Part shown: piece by piece, positions 9,202 through 18,321 of the stretch
Layout of the letters: the number at the start of each line of letters is the position of its first letter
Position numbering within the stretch: position 1 is the stretch's first letter
From: Candidatus Collierbacteria bacterium
Lineage (GTDB): Bacteria > Patescibacteriota > Microgenomatia > UBA1400 > MFAQ01
Direction: 5' to 3'
DNA length: 64,000 bases
NCBI GenBank assembly: GCA_903884375.1
Contig: CAISER010000041.1
Span: 9,164 to 73,163 of the forward strand
Notes under the pieces: generated by a model
What the model was told of the DNA's origin: nothing
Seen by the model: only the letters and a program-made list of their open reading frames with translations
The model's database searches: none
Translations under genes and position numbers: made by a program

Positions 9202-10767
9202 ATGTCCAACCTAAATCTTGCAACCACTGGTAAATACTTTACGCCGAAAGAGCGGGTAAAGCTCGTCATTGCGCTTCAGTTACGGATACTTGCCGAGAAA
9301 CCCAATAAAGATACAAAAAAAGACGAGGAGTCTACATTATCCGTATCAACCAGACGGGAGATACACGAGATTGTCAATTCATGTCCACAACGTCAGGCGT
9401 CGGACTATAACTTTTATGTTGACCTCAAGCAATATGTCTGGGAGCATATTGTTGATGAAATCCGAGAACATGTTCTTGCGATTGAGCTGATGAATGGCAA
9501 TATCGCTCCGCTTCGGTATTTATTGAGCATTAGTCCCTATCTATCAGAAATAGTCAGTGAGCTCAAACGGTTGCCCGTGATTGTCCAGAAAGAAGAATAC
9601 GACAAAGCTATCGTTGATGCGCGAATACACGAGCGCTCCGAAATACTGCCGCTTGATGGAGCATATGACCTTGCCAAACAGGAAGCATATTACCGTTTGA
9701 TTGGCGAAAAACTGATTGACACACCTGAATATGAGTCATATCGGGATTATATGGTTGTATTTGGTCGTTCAAAAGATGAGTTGTTTCAGGAGAAAGTCCA
9801 GTCTATCCGAAAAGATATCGATAAATATCAAAAACGAAAAGACCGTATGGGTGGTGAGGCTCCTTTCAATAATTACATTGAGCCCTATATTGGATTGTCA
9901 GATAAGGAAATAATCGAAAAAGTCGAAAAGGATTATCAGGGGTACTTTGATATTCCGGGAAAGGAAGAACATGACCGATGGGTGAGTTTAGTTGACGAAG
10001 AACGGAAACGGATTCAGCACGCGGTTGATATCGGTGCGCTTGTCAAAAAGAAAAATGGCATTGAATCTGGCAGCTATTACGACTGGAAAGACCGACGCCA
10101 GAAGTTCGCCGGAGACCCAGGCGTTGGAGACCGACATTGGAATCCGTTACATGAAGATTGTATGGAAATCGGATTTTCAGATGGAAAAGTTACGTCGGGT
10201 GCACGTGCCAAAAAAGGCGACTGGCGTCAAATTATTGCTGTGACCGTCCACAATAAAAACTCGATGGGGTATGCGGGAGATGATTTCGGTACGAAGCGAT
10301 TGGAGAGTGTCATAGATATGGTATCTGCACTTGTGCCGTTGGATGTATCGGATAAAGATTTTGACTCGGAGGAACGCAGGTTTTCTATTCGGGTTGGTGA
10401 TTATAAAGCGATGTTTCAAAAGTTTGCCAACAATACCCGCAGGGAAATACAGGAGATAGTAAATAAAATAGCGCTTATCAATGCGATAGAGGACATATAT
10501 TTTGATGGGATGCAGATTGTGGTTCCGGGTGAAATTGATGGGGTGTTGACGGTAGATAAAATGCTGCATCATGCGATGAATGTTATCTCTGAACACAACG
10601 ATGCAATCCGGGATATGATAATCAGTTTCAATAAATTGAGTTTTGGTTTCTGGGACTACAGATTGGATGACAAGGACTCATATTTGATTGACGCAAGTCC
10701 GGGTGTAGATGAAAAATGGGTTTATACTGAGCTTGAACAGGTGAAACTGAAACTACTCAGTAGATAA
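9202..10767 (+). CDS. hypothetical protein (521 aa), element cargo
   Basis: Long uninterrupted ORF with no P-loop, TM segment or other recognisable motif. Tightly packed with its neighbours on the same strand. Confidence 0.55.
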   Translation: MSNLNLATTGKYFTPKERVKLVIALQLRILAEKPNKDTKKDEESTLSVSTRREIHEIVNSCPQRQASDYNFYVDLKQYVWEHIVDEIREHVLAIELMNGNIAPLRYLLSISPYLSEIVSELKRLPVIVQKEEYDKAIVDARIHERSEILPLDGAYDLAKQEAYYRLIGEKLIDTPEYESYRDYMVVFGRSKDELFQEKVQSIRKDIDKYQKRKDRMGGEAPFNNYIEPYIGLSDKEIIEKVEKDYQGYFDIPGKEEHDRWVSLVDEERKRIQHAVDIGALVKKKNGIESGSYYDWKDRRQKFAGDPGVGDRHWNPLHEDCMEIGFSDGKVTSGARAKKGDWRQIIAVTVHNKNSMGYAGDDFGTKRLESVIDMVSALVPLDVSDKDFDSEERRFSIRVGDYKAMFQKFANNTRREIQEIVNKIALINAIEDIYFDGMQIVVPGEIDGVLTVDKMLHHAMNVISEHNDAIRDMIISFNKLSFGFWDYRLDDKDSYLIDASPGVDEKWVYTELEQVKLKLLSR

Positions 10768-10834
10768 TAAGCTAACGCAAATGTATTTTAAGCGTTCCGA
10801 GTTACAATAGGTGATAGTATAATGATTTATATAT

Positions 10835-13800
10835 ATGGCAAATACTGGCGGTGAACCGATTCCTGGCGCTTCGGGGTTTCCCACTGGGAAAGAGAATTTA
10901 TCTTCAGGACAATCAGAATTAAAATCCGCTATAAGCACCGGTCTTGATGCCTGTTTTGCTACTTTAGTAAATAAGGATATTGAGCCTCGTGATCGGGCTG
11001 GTGCAATCCGTCAATTTGAGAAAATAGTAAACGATTTATCTGGAGATGTTGCTATTATTATGAATGATGAACTTGTTCAAAAAACACAAGACCTAATATT
11101 TCAATCAATGACAGTTGACCCTGATAGATTTTTAACCTGGGGTCTAGATGAAGCAAAAAATATTTTGCAAATACTGCATCTGCCTCGGTCATTTCGTCAA
11201 ACTGACGATCGAATAAGTAGTCTGACTAGCCTGATTCAATTTACACAAGGTAGTTATCAAAGAAACAGGGTCGAAAATTTTGTAAAGCTATCAAAGCTAT
11301 TTGAAATACCTTCTCGAATAATTGATGACCCCGATATTCAACAAAAAATGCCCAGGTTAGATGTAGATTATAAAGGTAAATTCAAAACTTCACCTGATGC
11401 ATGTGCCGATTATTTGAATAATTGGTTTTCTAAATCTCAAAGATCTTCAGTTTTAGGCAAGGCAGTTCAATATTTTTGTGAAAATTATGTCCAATATCCT
11501 AGTGATAGCCCATCTTCAGGTATACATGATTTCGTTCAATTATTCTCATCAGTGCAAGACTTGTCGCTTTCAGAAATTCAACGGGTTATTACTGACGGTA
11601 TTGTTAAAAATATTGAATCCGAAGAGTATTTTCATTCAGAGCAGATCGTTACGTTAGCTACCGGATTTGAAGTAACGTCACAATTACAGCAAGATGTAAA
11701 CGCGATATCGGCCGCACAGAAAAGAATTATTAAAGAACTTGAAAATGGGAGAGAAAATTATGTTGCTCATAACGTTAACTTACTAGAAGATTTTTTTCAA
11801 TTTGGTCAAGAATTTAAATCGAGTATAGAATTCCAAGATGCCTTTAGTAAGGGTTTTGAGAAATATCTTCAAAAGAAAGCGTTTCGGCATCCAGATTATT
11901 CACCGGATGAAGAAGATGTAAACGAATGGAGATTATTATTTAATAAATTTGGTATATCACAAGAATTAAATGATCAGATTGTTGTTAATGCGATAAGGGC
12001 TGAATGCCGCGATCTTATTTCCGAAAATGAGCAGGGATATTCGAAAGGTGATGCTGATGTGGTTTTAGCGTTGACGAAGACAGAGTTTCTTCAAAATAAA
12101 CAATTAATCCTTAGGGAAGATGTCCAAAAAGATATTGTAGCGGCCATCGTGCATAAATTTGGCGTTCATGTATCGTCACAGTTTTTGGCAAAGATTCCTC
12201 TTACAAATGAGAGTTTGACGAACGAGGATATTACCGAGATTGCTAAATTAAAATTTCAAAAAGAAACACGCTCTGTGTTGTCACCTAATCGAGTAAATCT
12301 AGCAAAATCACTGCAGGAAAAATTTGGATTAGATCGATCGTTTGTGATTGAATGTTTGAGGAACGGAATTAGCCATGATGTTAATTTTGGTTTCAATTAT
12401 GACGGGATCAAATCTGCAAGAGAAGTCTTTCAATTAAGTGACGAGGAGTTTTTCCAATCTATTGCAGACGGACTTGTAATATCTACTCGTAGTAAGGAAA
12501 AGTATCATGGGAACTTGCCCGAACAATTGGAGCATTTGTTGGAAAATAGGAAAAAATATCCTGACAGCATTCCACCTGACGATATTTTATTAACTGCTTT
12601 ACCACTAGCTGTTCGAGATGTTTTAAAAACTGCGGATAAACCAAATGAAGTAATTGCTTTGAATAAATTTTATAGAACTTTAGATGGTCAGGCTGGAATA
12701 TTTGATAATAAGGAAGTACAAGACGCATACAAATTTGCTATCGAAAGATGGCTAGGGGCTGGAGATGTTTCTGCTGCACAAAAAATATGTAGCCTACTTA
12801 ATAAGGATAATAACCCAACGGTCAGTGATAGTACTTTGAAAGACGAATCAATTGGCAAACTGGTTGACGATATAGTGGCTAGATATATATTGGGAGAAAG
12901 CTCTTACGATTTACAATATGGCGCAATCCAGCTCCATGCTCTGGCTCCGTTTATTGATAGGCCGGTGAGAAATGAAGATGCAAAACAAAAATTAAATACT
13001 ATAATACTCAGCGCATATCAAAAAAGTTCCAGTGAATTAAAAGAGTTTTCTCAGCTGTACAGTGCCTTTCATCTGCCAGAAGAGGATCGAGTGAGATTAA
13101 CTGAATTATGTGTACAGACAAGTATGCATCCATCAAAAATAGGATCGGATTTGGTGAAATTGAATAATGCGTTAAACATTCTTGGAGAGCAAAATTCAGA
13201 AGCAGTTATATTGCAACGACTTCCTAAATATCTTGATACTGTAAAAACAAATTTTGCGCTTACAGGGATTGCTGAAATTTCTGAATTCGTTCGTGATCAC
13301 GAAGAGTACTTTGAATTTTTAGCGACCACTCCCGATACAGCGAGCCAATTAACACCCGAGGATATGAATTTGATAGTAAATATACCGATTGGAAAAGATA
13401 TGATTATTGCAGAACTTGCTAAACGAGATGGTATTGATCTTGCCAAAATAGAAACAGAAGAAGATTACCGAAGATTATTCACCGCGGTTCGAGGAAATTA
13501 TAAAGAATGGACAGATGAACAAAACATATCAGGTCCATTTGAAGCTGGCGCAAACATTTTTGGGTACAAACGCATGTTTGCTTATATACAGAGGGAGAAT
13601 TTGAGTTATCATGATGCACTTCATGCGTTTCAAAGTATCATTAATTTTTATCAAACTTCTGGTTTAACTCCCGATCAATTTTATGGTCAAATATTGAGCC
13701 ATGTTATGAGAGATGATGCTGTGTACAATGCGGGAACCGCTCACCATCAGTTGAATGAAATCGCAACGACACTTAACACAGATTATACTGAAAACCTAGA

Positions 13801-15745
13801 ATTAGCGAGAGAATTTTCTGATCTTGAGGGTGTTGGGGATTTGGCTACGTTATTTTCTTCACCTGAACAGGTATTCGCAAGCTGGAACAATCTTAAACGA
13901 TATAGCAAGTTGACCCAACTATTAGGAGAACGAGAGGTATTGGAGGCACTGCATGATATAAAAAATCCGAAATTACGCACGTATGTAACACGTCTTGCTT
14001 TCCATAGGGATAGTAAAGTCGATATACAAGCGGCGATCCAATTTGCTACAGATCCAATGGCATTCTTGGAGCGTGATGACGGGCATGCGCCACCGGAAGT
14101 TCATGATCGGAAAAAACCATCCAATTATATTGAAATTCCCAATCTTGACCTTACTGCACAAGAACTTGTTGAAGCCTTAGTTGATGGGAAAATGGATCCG
14201 CTCTCCGCGTTTACACCTATGGAGGTTGAATACACCGTTATTATTGATGAGGCGGCATCGCGACCGCATGAATTATTGAAACGAGCCCTTGGTGCCCGTG
14301 CGAAAGAAGGAGCGGATGCAATACCAGGTGAAGCGCGTGATCCCAAAAAACTATATTCAGAAGTTGGTCACTTGTTGAAACCAACTGGACTTAATGTCCA
14401 ACAATATCTTGCAGGGGTGGTCTTACCTGATACTGCGAAATCTGAAATCGAACAAAAACTCGTCACCATTCTGTTTAATGAACAATATGGGTTACGAAAA
14501 ACTGCGGTAAAAACCCAAACCTACGTTGCGAAAATCGGGAAGAAAAGCGATCCGGACATGGTGTTAGCCGGTGATGATACCGTTAACTGTATGCCGTTTG
14601 GATCAGGGAAAAACACGGTCTATACGTTTAATCCTAATACCGCACAATTTGTCCTCCAAGTTGTTCGACCCGACGGAAAACGACGAACCATCGCTCAAAG
14701 CGTTATCACAAAAGATATTGACATCAAAAAATCAATTCCAACTGTTATTCAACAATTGCAAGAAGAAGGCGGTCACTTAGTTGATGTGCTCCCTGAGGAT
14801 GCGCTTCTTCGACAATCTGCCATCATAGCATGCGATAATGTAGAAGTTTCTCCTAATTTTACTGATCAATCCGGAGTTATCACTGCACTCTATCGCGATT
14901 TTTTCCGGCAATATCTTGGGATTCACGCGAAAATTCAAAATTTACGGTCAGATTGCGTTATTGTTGGCGAAGGATATTCTGACGCACTTAATGAACTACC
15001 GGAAATTCCCAATACGTACGCACCACAGGCACCTGTAAGTTATTCAGATGCCACGGGATCTGAAGTGCGTACACTTGAGATGAGTGGAAAAGATCCATAT
15101 GTGATCCTTGAAAGTAATGTAACAGTTGACGAGTTACCACAAATACCAAAAGAAATAAGGCCCCCAATTGAGGGATTAGAATCACTGACGTTCGAACATG
15201 CATTACAAGTCGCCTATATTGAGGGTAAGGCATATTCAAGTAATACATCACTTATTCAATATCTCCACAATATGGAAAATGGGCTCATAGCTAAAGACAT
15301 CAATAATGCCGCAAAAGGACGACCGAATATGAGTCTTGCATATCGGGATAAAGCTGGAAAGATGCAAGGATATATGCTGGCCTACGAAGGAAAAATTAAT
15401 GATACAGATGTTGAGAACTACGCAAGTGAATACACAGAACAACCGTTTCTTTACATTTCCGATATCGCCTCGAATGTTTCTACCGGTGGAACAAATGATA
15501 CTGGATTAAGTCTCCTTCGTGGTTTTATCCAACTCTACAAACAACACTATATTGACGCAGGAAATGCAGTTCCTATATTTGCGCAAATGCGTGAAGAAAC
15601 ATCATATCGAATTGTCCAACGAGGACTACTCAATAGGTTGGTGCGCGATCTAGGTGTTGAGTTTGAGGTGGAAGAGTTGGAAACATATCAGGTAGGCAAT
15701 AGCACAATGCACCCCGTGATAATAAAACCGATAGGCGCGAAGTGA
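10835..15745 (+). CDS. giant hypothetical protein (1636 aa), element cargo
   Basis: 4.9-kb uninterrupted ORF. No signal peptide, TM or Walker motifs were seen, so it is presumably cytoplasmic. No family recognised by eye. Confidence 0.6.
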   Translation: MANTGGEPIPGASGFPTGKENLSSGQSELKSAISTGLDACFATLVNKDIEPRDRAGAIRQFEKIVNDLSGDVAIIMNDELVQKTQDLIFQSMTVDPDRFLTWGLDEAKNILQILHLPRSFRQTDDRISSLTSLIQFTQGSYQRNRVENFVKLSKLFEIPSRIIDDPDIQQKMPRLDVDYKGKFKTSPDACADYLNNWFSKSQRSSVLGKAVQYFCENYVQYPSDSPSSGIHDFVQLFSSVQDLSLSEIQRVITDGIVKNIESEEYFHSEQIVTLATGFEVTSQLQQDVNAISAAQKRIIKELENGRENYVAHNVNLLEDFFQFGQEFKSSIEFQDAFSKGFEKYLQKKAFRHPDYSPDEEDVNEWRLLFNKFGISQELNDQIVVNAIRAECRDLISENEQGYSKGDADVVLALTKTEFLQNKQLILREDVQKDIVAAIVHKFGVHVSSQFLAKIPLTNESLTNEDITEIAKLKFQKETRSVLSPNRVNLAKSLQEKFGLDRSFVIECLRNGISHDVNFGFNYDGIKSAREVFQLSDEEFFQSIADGLVISTRSKEKYHGNLPEQLEHLLENRKKYPDSIPPDDILLTALPLAVRDVLKTADKPNEVIALNKFYRTLDGQAGIFDNKEVQDAYKFAIERWLGAGDVSAAQKICSLLNKDNNPTVSDSTLKDESIGKLVDDIVARYILGESSYDLQYGAIQLHALAPFIDRPVRNEDAKQKLNTIILSAYQKSSSELKEFSQLYSAFHLPEEDRVRLTELCVQTSMHPSKIGSDLVKLNNALNILGEQNSEAVILQRLPKYLDTVKTNFALTGIAEISEFVRDHEEYFEFLATTPDTASQLTPEDMNLIVNIPIGKDMIIAELAKRDGIDLAKIETEEDYRRLFTAVRGNYKEWTDEQNISGPFEAGANIFGYKRMFAYIQRENLSYHDALHAFQSIINFYQTSGLTPDQFYGQILSHVMRDDAVYNAGTAHHQLNEIATTLNTDYTENLELAREFSDLEGVGDLATLFSSPEQVFASWNNLKRYSKLTQLLGEREVLEALHDIKNPKLRTYVTRLAFHRDSKVDIQAAIQFATDPMAFLERDDGHAPPEVHDRKKPSNYIEIPNLDLTAQELVEALVDGKMDPLSAFTPMEVEYTVIIDEAASRPHELLKRALGARAKEGADAIPGEARDPKKLYSEVGHLLKPTGLNVQQYLAGVVLPDTAKSEIEQKLVTILFNEQYGLRKTAVKTQTYVAKIGKKSDPDMVLAGDDTVNCMPFGSGKNTVYTFNPNTAQFVLQVVRPDGKRRTIAQSVITKDIDIKKSIPTVIQQLQEEGGHLVDVLPEDALLRQSAIIACDNVEVSPNFTDQSGVITALYRDFFRQYLGIHAKIQNLRSDCVIVGEGYSDALNELPEIPNTYAPQAPVSYSDATGSEVRTLEMSGKDPYVILESNVTVDELPQIPKEIRPPIEGLESLTFEHALQVAYIEGKAYSSNTSLIQYLHNMENGLIAKDINNAAKGRPNMSLAYRDKAGKMQGYMLAYEGKINDTDVENYASEYTEQPFLYISDIASNVSTGGTNDTGLSLLRGFIQLYKQHYIDAGNAVPIFAQMREETSYRIVQRGLLNRLVRDLGVEFEVEELETYQVGNSTMHPVIIKPIGAK

Positions 15746-15915
15746 GAGCAAAATTTACTTGACCATTTCGCAATAGGAGCATCTGTGTAATTAACGCAAT
15801 ACAAACTTACTGAAATAGTCGTTTTATGGACAGGTCGAACGCTGCTAGTAGGCAGCTTTTTTTGTGGCAATTTTGGCGTATAATGCGCTTGAAGTAGAAA
15901 CAACGTGGAGGAAAT

Positions 15916-17331
15916 GTGGCAGACAATAACAAGCAAATAACAGAACCACCTTTTTCGATTTCCGAGGATGAACGGAATCGGATTGTTTCTTCGATCGAAC
16001 GCAAAATACAAATCATCAAAGATACCGCTACTAATAATGATTATTTTCTTCAGATCGGGGAGTTTTACAAATATCTGATTGGGAGCGATACCATGGTCCG
16101 TTTGATTGATGTGATGTTTTCGGAATTTCGGGATACACAAGCGGAATTTGAAAAATTACGTGGACAGGTCATGGAAGAGGTGAATAAAGTTTTCAATTCG
16201 CTCCTTGGTAAAATAAAGGAGCTCACGTTGTTGTCTGATGATGACATTGCTTTGATTGATGGATATTATAACGGAACGAAAACAAACATAAATAAAGAAG
16301 AAGCAGATAGGCTAAATCGTAATGAGTCCGCATTATTTCGTGCTGTTGCTGGATTTTACTCCTGGGCACGTGGAAAATCGCAAACACTTGGTGGAGAATT
16401 ATTGGAGTATAGTTTACTTCGTGCTACAGAGGATGTGGTAAACGCACTTTATAACTCTGACCATAAAGATTTAGTCCAGCAGTACGTTCAAATTGACGCG
16501 TCAAACCCCGAGAAGCCAATGATTGTCGGCTATAATATCGCTCCGACTGAAAGCAAACTCCGAGAGGAACAGACAATATCCCGTACGAAGTTGGAAGCCT
16601 CTCCGTGGCTTGCATACCAGCGCCTCAAACTTGTACCGCTTTGTCTTTATGATTACGCAGAATTCAAGGCCAAACTGAGCAAGGAAGACAAGCTGGCTGA
16701 TTACATGAATTTTACTGGGACTATGGGTGAATTGAGTGAAGTCATGGCAGGACGGCGCACGCATGAGGCTCATTATTTCCGGCGTGAGTTATACAACTCA
16801 TACCTCCAACGCGTCACCGATAAACTGATTGATTTGATGGATGCTGCGAGTCGCATACCAAAGGGTACACTGAAAAATGTTGACGATGCACCATCGAAGG
16901 AAATATCACTTATAGATATGCCCGAACGACCGAAACAACTCCCCAATAATGATGTAAACAGCGAGTTATGTGCAAAATACTCGTTCAAACCGTCTGATAC
17001 CGGTGGTTACATATTGCGTTACGGAAATAATGATACGGTATCTTTTGGTGAAAATGATGACCTTGCCCGGATGATGCAGATATTTTCCACTTATCCCGAG
17101 CAATGGATTGATTTCAAAACTATTTTTCATTACATGGGTTTTGACTACGAACGTGACCTAAAAACAAAAAATAAACCCTTGCATAAGTTAGTGCGACGGA
17201 TAATCGCAGACATCAGGGACAAAAAATTGAACGAGAAAAGTTTGGGAGACATGATAGTTATTCAATCTGGAAAAGTGGAGCATGGGCCTGTTGGTGAAGG
17301 CTGGTACAGGCTTCATTTCGAAGCTCCATAA
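15916..17331 (+). CDS. hypothetical protein (471 aa), element cargo
   Basis: GTG start 4-5 nt after GGAGGA. No recognisable catalytic motif. The C-terminal roughly 80 aa is basic and could be a winged-helix-like DNA-binding region (guess). Confidence 0.5.
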   Translation: MADNNKQITEPPFSISEDERNRIVSSIERKIQIIKDTATNNDYFLQIGEFYKYLIGSDTMVRLIDVMFSEFRDTQAEFEKLRGQVMEEVNKVFNSLLGKIKELTLLSDDDIALIDGYYNGTKTNINKEEADRLNRNESALFRAVAGFYSWARGKSQTLGGELLEYSLLRATEDVVNALYNSDHKDLVQQYVQIDASNPEKPMIVGYNIAPTESKLREEQTISRTKLEASPWLAYQRLKLVPLCLYDYAEFKAKLSKEDKLADYMNFTGTMGELSEVMAGRRTHEAHYFRRELYNSYLQRVTDKLIDLMDAASRIPKGTLKNVDDAPSKEISLIDMPERPKQLPNNDVNSELCAKYSFKPSDTGGYILRYGNNDTVSFGENDDLARMMQIFSTYPEQWIDFKTIFHYMGFDYERDLKTKNKPLHKLVRRIIADIRDKKLNEKSLGDMIVIQSGKVEHGPVGEGWYRLHFEAP

Positions 17332-17332
17332 C

Positions 17333-17511
17333 ATCTTCGTACACTTCGTATAGTTCGTATATCTTCGGTCAGTAATTCGTATAGCGAATCCTCGTGACGC
17401 TCCAAATCACATACTTTACTATGAGGATAGCACGTGGAAGTAATGTGAGACGAAATTGAAAGTGAAGTGAATCTTCGTTTTCCTCACAAAATACTTCCCT
17501 GACAGAAAAGT
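17333..17511 (+). promoter_or_regulatory. direct-repeat (iteron-like) region upstream of the element's replication module
   Basis: Four to five tandem copies of (C)TTCGTA(T/C)A within about 60 bp (cttcgtaca cttcgtatag ttcgtatat ... ttcgtatagcg), plus GTGAAGTGAA. Non-coding and lies between the cargo genes and the replication genes. Confidence 0.3.
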
Positions 17512-17844
17512 ATGGTCACGATTTCACAAATACAATTAGTACCGGTTCGCTTTACAAACGGTTTGACGTTCTTTGCCGATTTCGTTTTGGACAATCGGTA
17601 TTATATCGGCAATGTTGCCATTTACACACTGATTGATGGAACCGGATTTCGGGTTGTATATCCGACCAAAAAACTCCCTAACGGTCAACAAATCCCTATT
17701 TTCTATCCCACAGACAAAGACATTGCCAAAGAAATACAACAGTTGATTTCTGAGGAAGCAACGAAGTTGTTGCAACCGAAGGAACCAAACAAAACGAGAT
17801 ATTATTTTGGGACAAAAAAACCAGAGATTGAGGAGATTTTTTGA
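17512..17844 (+). CDS. SpoVG-family nucleic-acid-binding protein homolog
   Basis: Pattern I.QIQLVPVRFTNGLTFFADFVLDNRYYIGNVAIYTLIDGTGFRVVYPTKKLPNGQQIPIFYPTDKDIAKEI parallels the SpoVG core (TDVRL..V...G.M.A.AS.TLD..FV.H.IRVI.G..G.FV.MPS.K..DG...I.HP). Confidence 0.5.
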   Translation: MVTISQIQLVPVRFTNGLTFFADFVLDNRYYIGNVAIYTLIDGTGFRVVYPTKKLPNGQQIPIFYPTDKDIAKEIQQLISEEATKLLQPKEPNKTRYYFGTKKPEIEEIF

Positions 17845-17850
17845 AGGGAG

Positions 17851-18276
17851 GTGAACCAAGATATGCCAAAACTAACAGCCAGCAAGCGAGTATTGCCTGA
17901 TGCCGGAAAGCACATGTGTGTGTTGATGGGGGTTTCCGAAGTAGAAAACAAGTTTTATGACCCCAAGAAGGATAAGGCGGACAAAGCGAAACGGCTTGAG
18001 TGGACGTTTCAATACGAGAAAAAGCCGGAGATGCAGATACGGGTATGGTCATCAGCCAACTTATCTATCTACAAAGGTATCAAAAGTAATGCGCTACGCA
18101 TGACGGAAGCGCTACTTGATAAAGAGCTGACGAAGAAAGAAATGGACGAGGGAAATGACACGGACAAGCTCATCGGTAAGAAATGCTTTCTCGAAGTGAA
18201 ACATTTCAAACAGGATGACGGAACGGTATTTGCTAAAGTACGGGATTTTGAAAGTGAAAGTGGAATCCCATTTTAG
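17851..18276 (+). CDS. hypothetical protein with SSB-like C-terminal tip (…FESESGIPF)
   Basis: 141 aa, mixed charge. It ends in an acidic segment plus IPF, as do the C-termini of bacterial and phage SSBs. The chromosomal ssb in this window ends DEIPF. Confidence 0.35.
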   Translation: MNQDMPKLTASKRVLPDAGKHMCVLMGVSEVENKFYDPKKDKADKAKRLEWTFQYEKKPEMQIRVWSSANLSIYKGIKSNALRMTEALLDKELTKKEMDEGNDTDKLIGKKCFLEVKHFKQDDGTVFAKVRDFESESGIPF

Positions 18277-18321
18277 CCTTGATGGTCGGACGTATTTCTA
18301 GGATGCGTCCGGCAATAAGGG

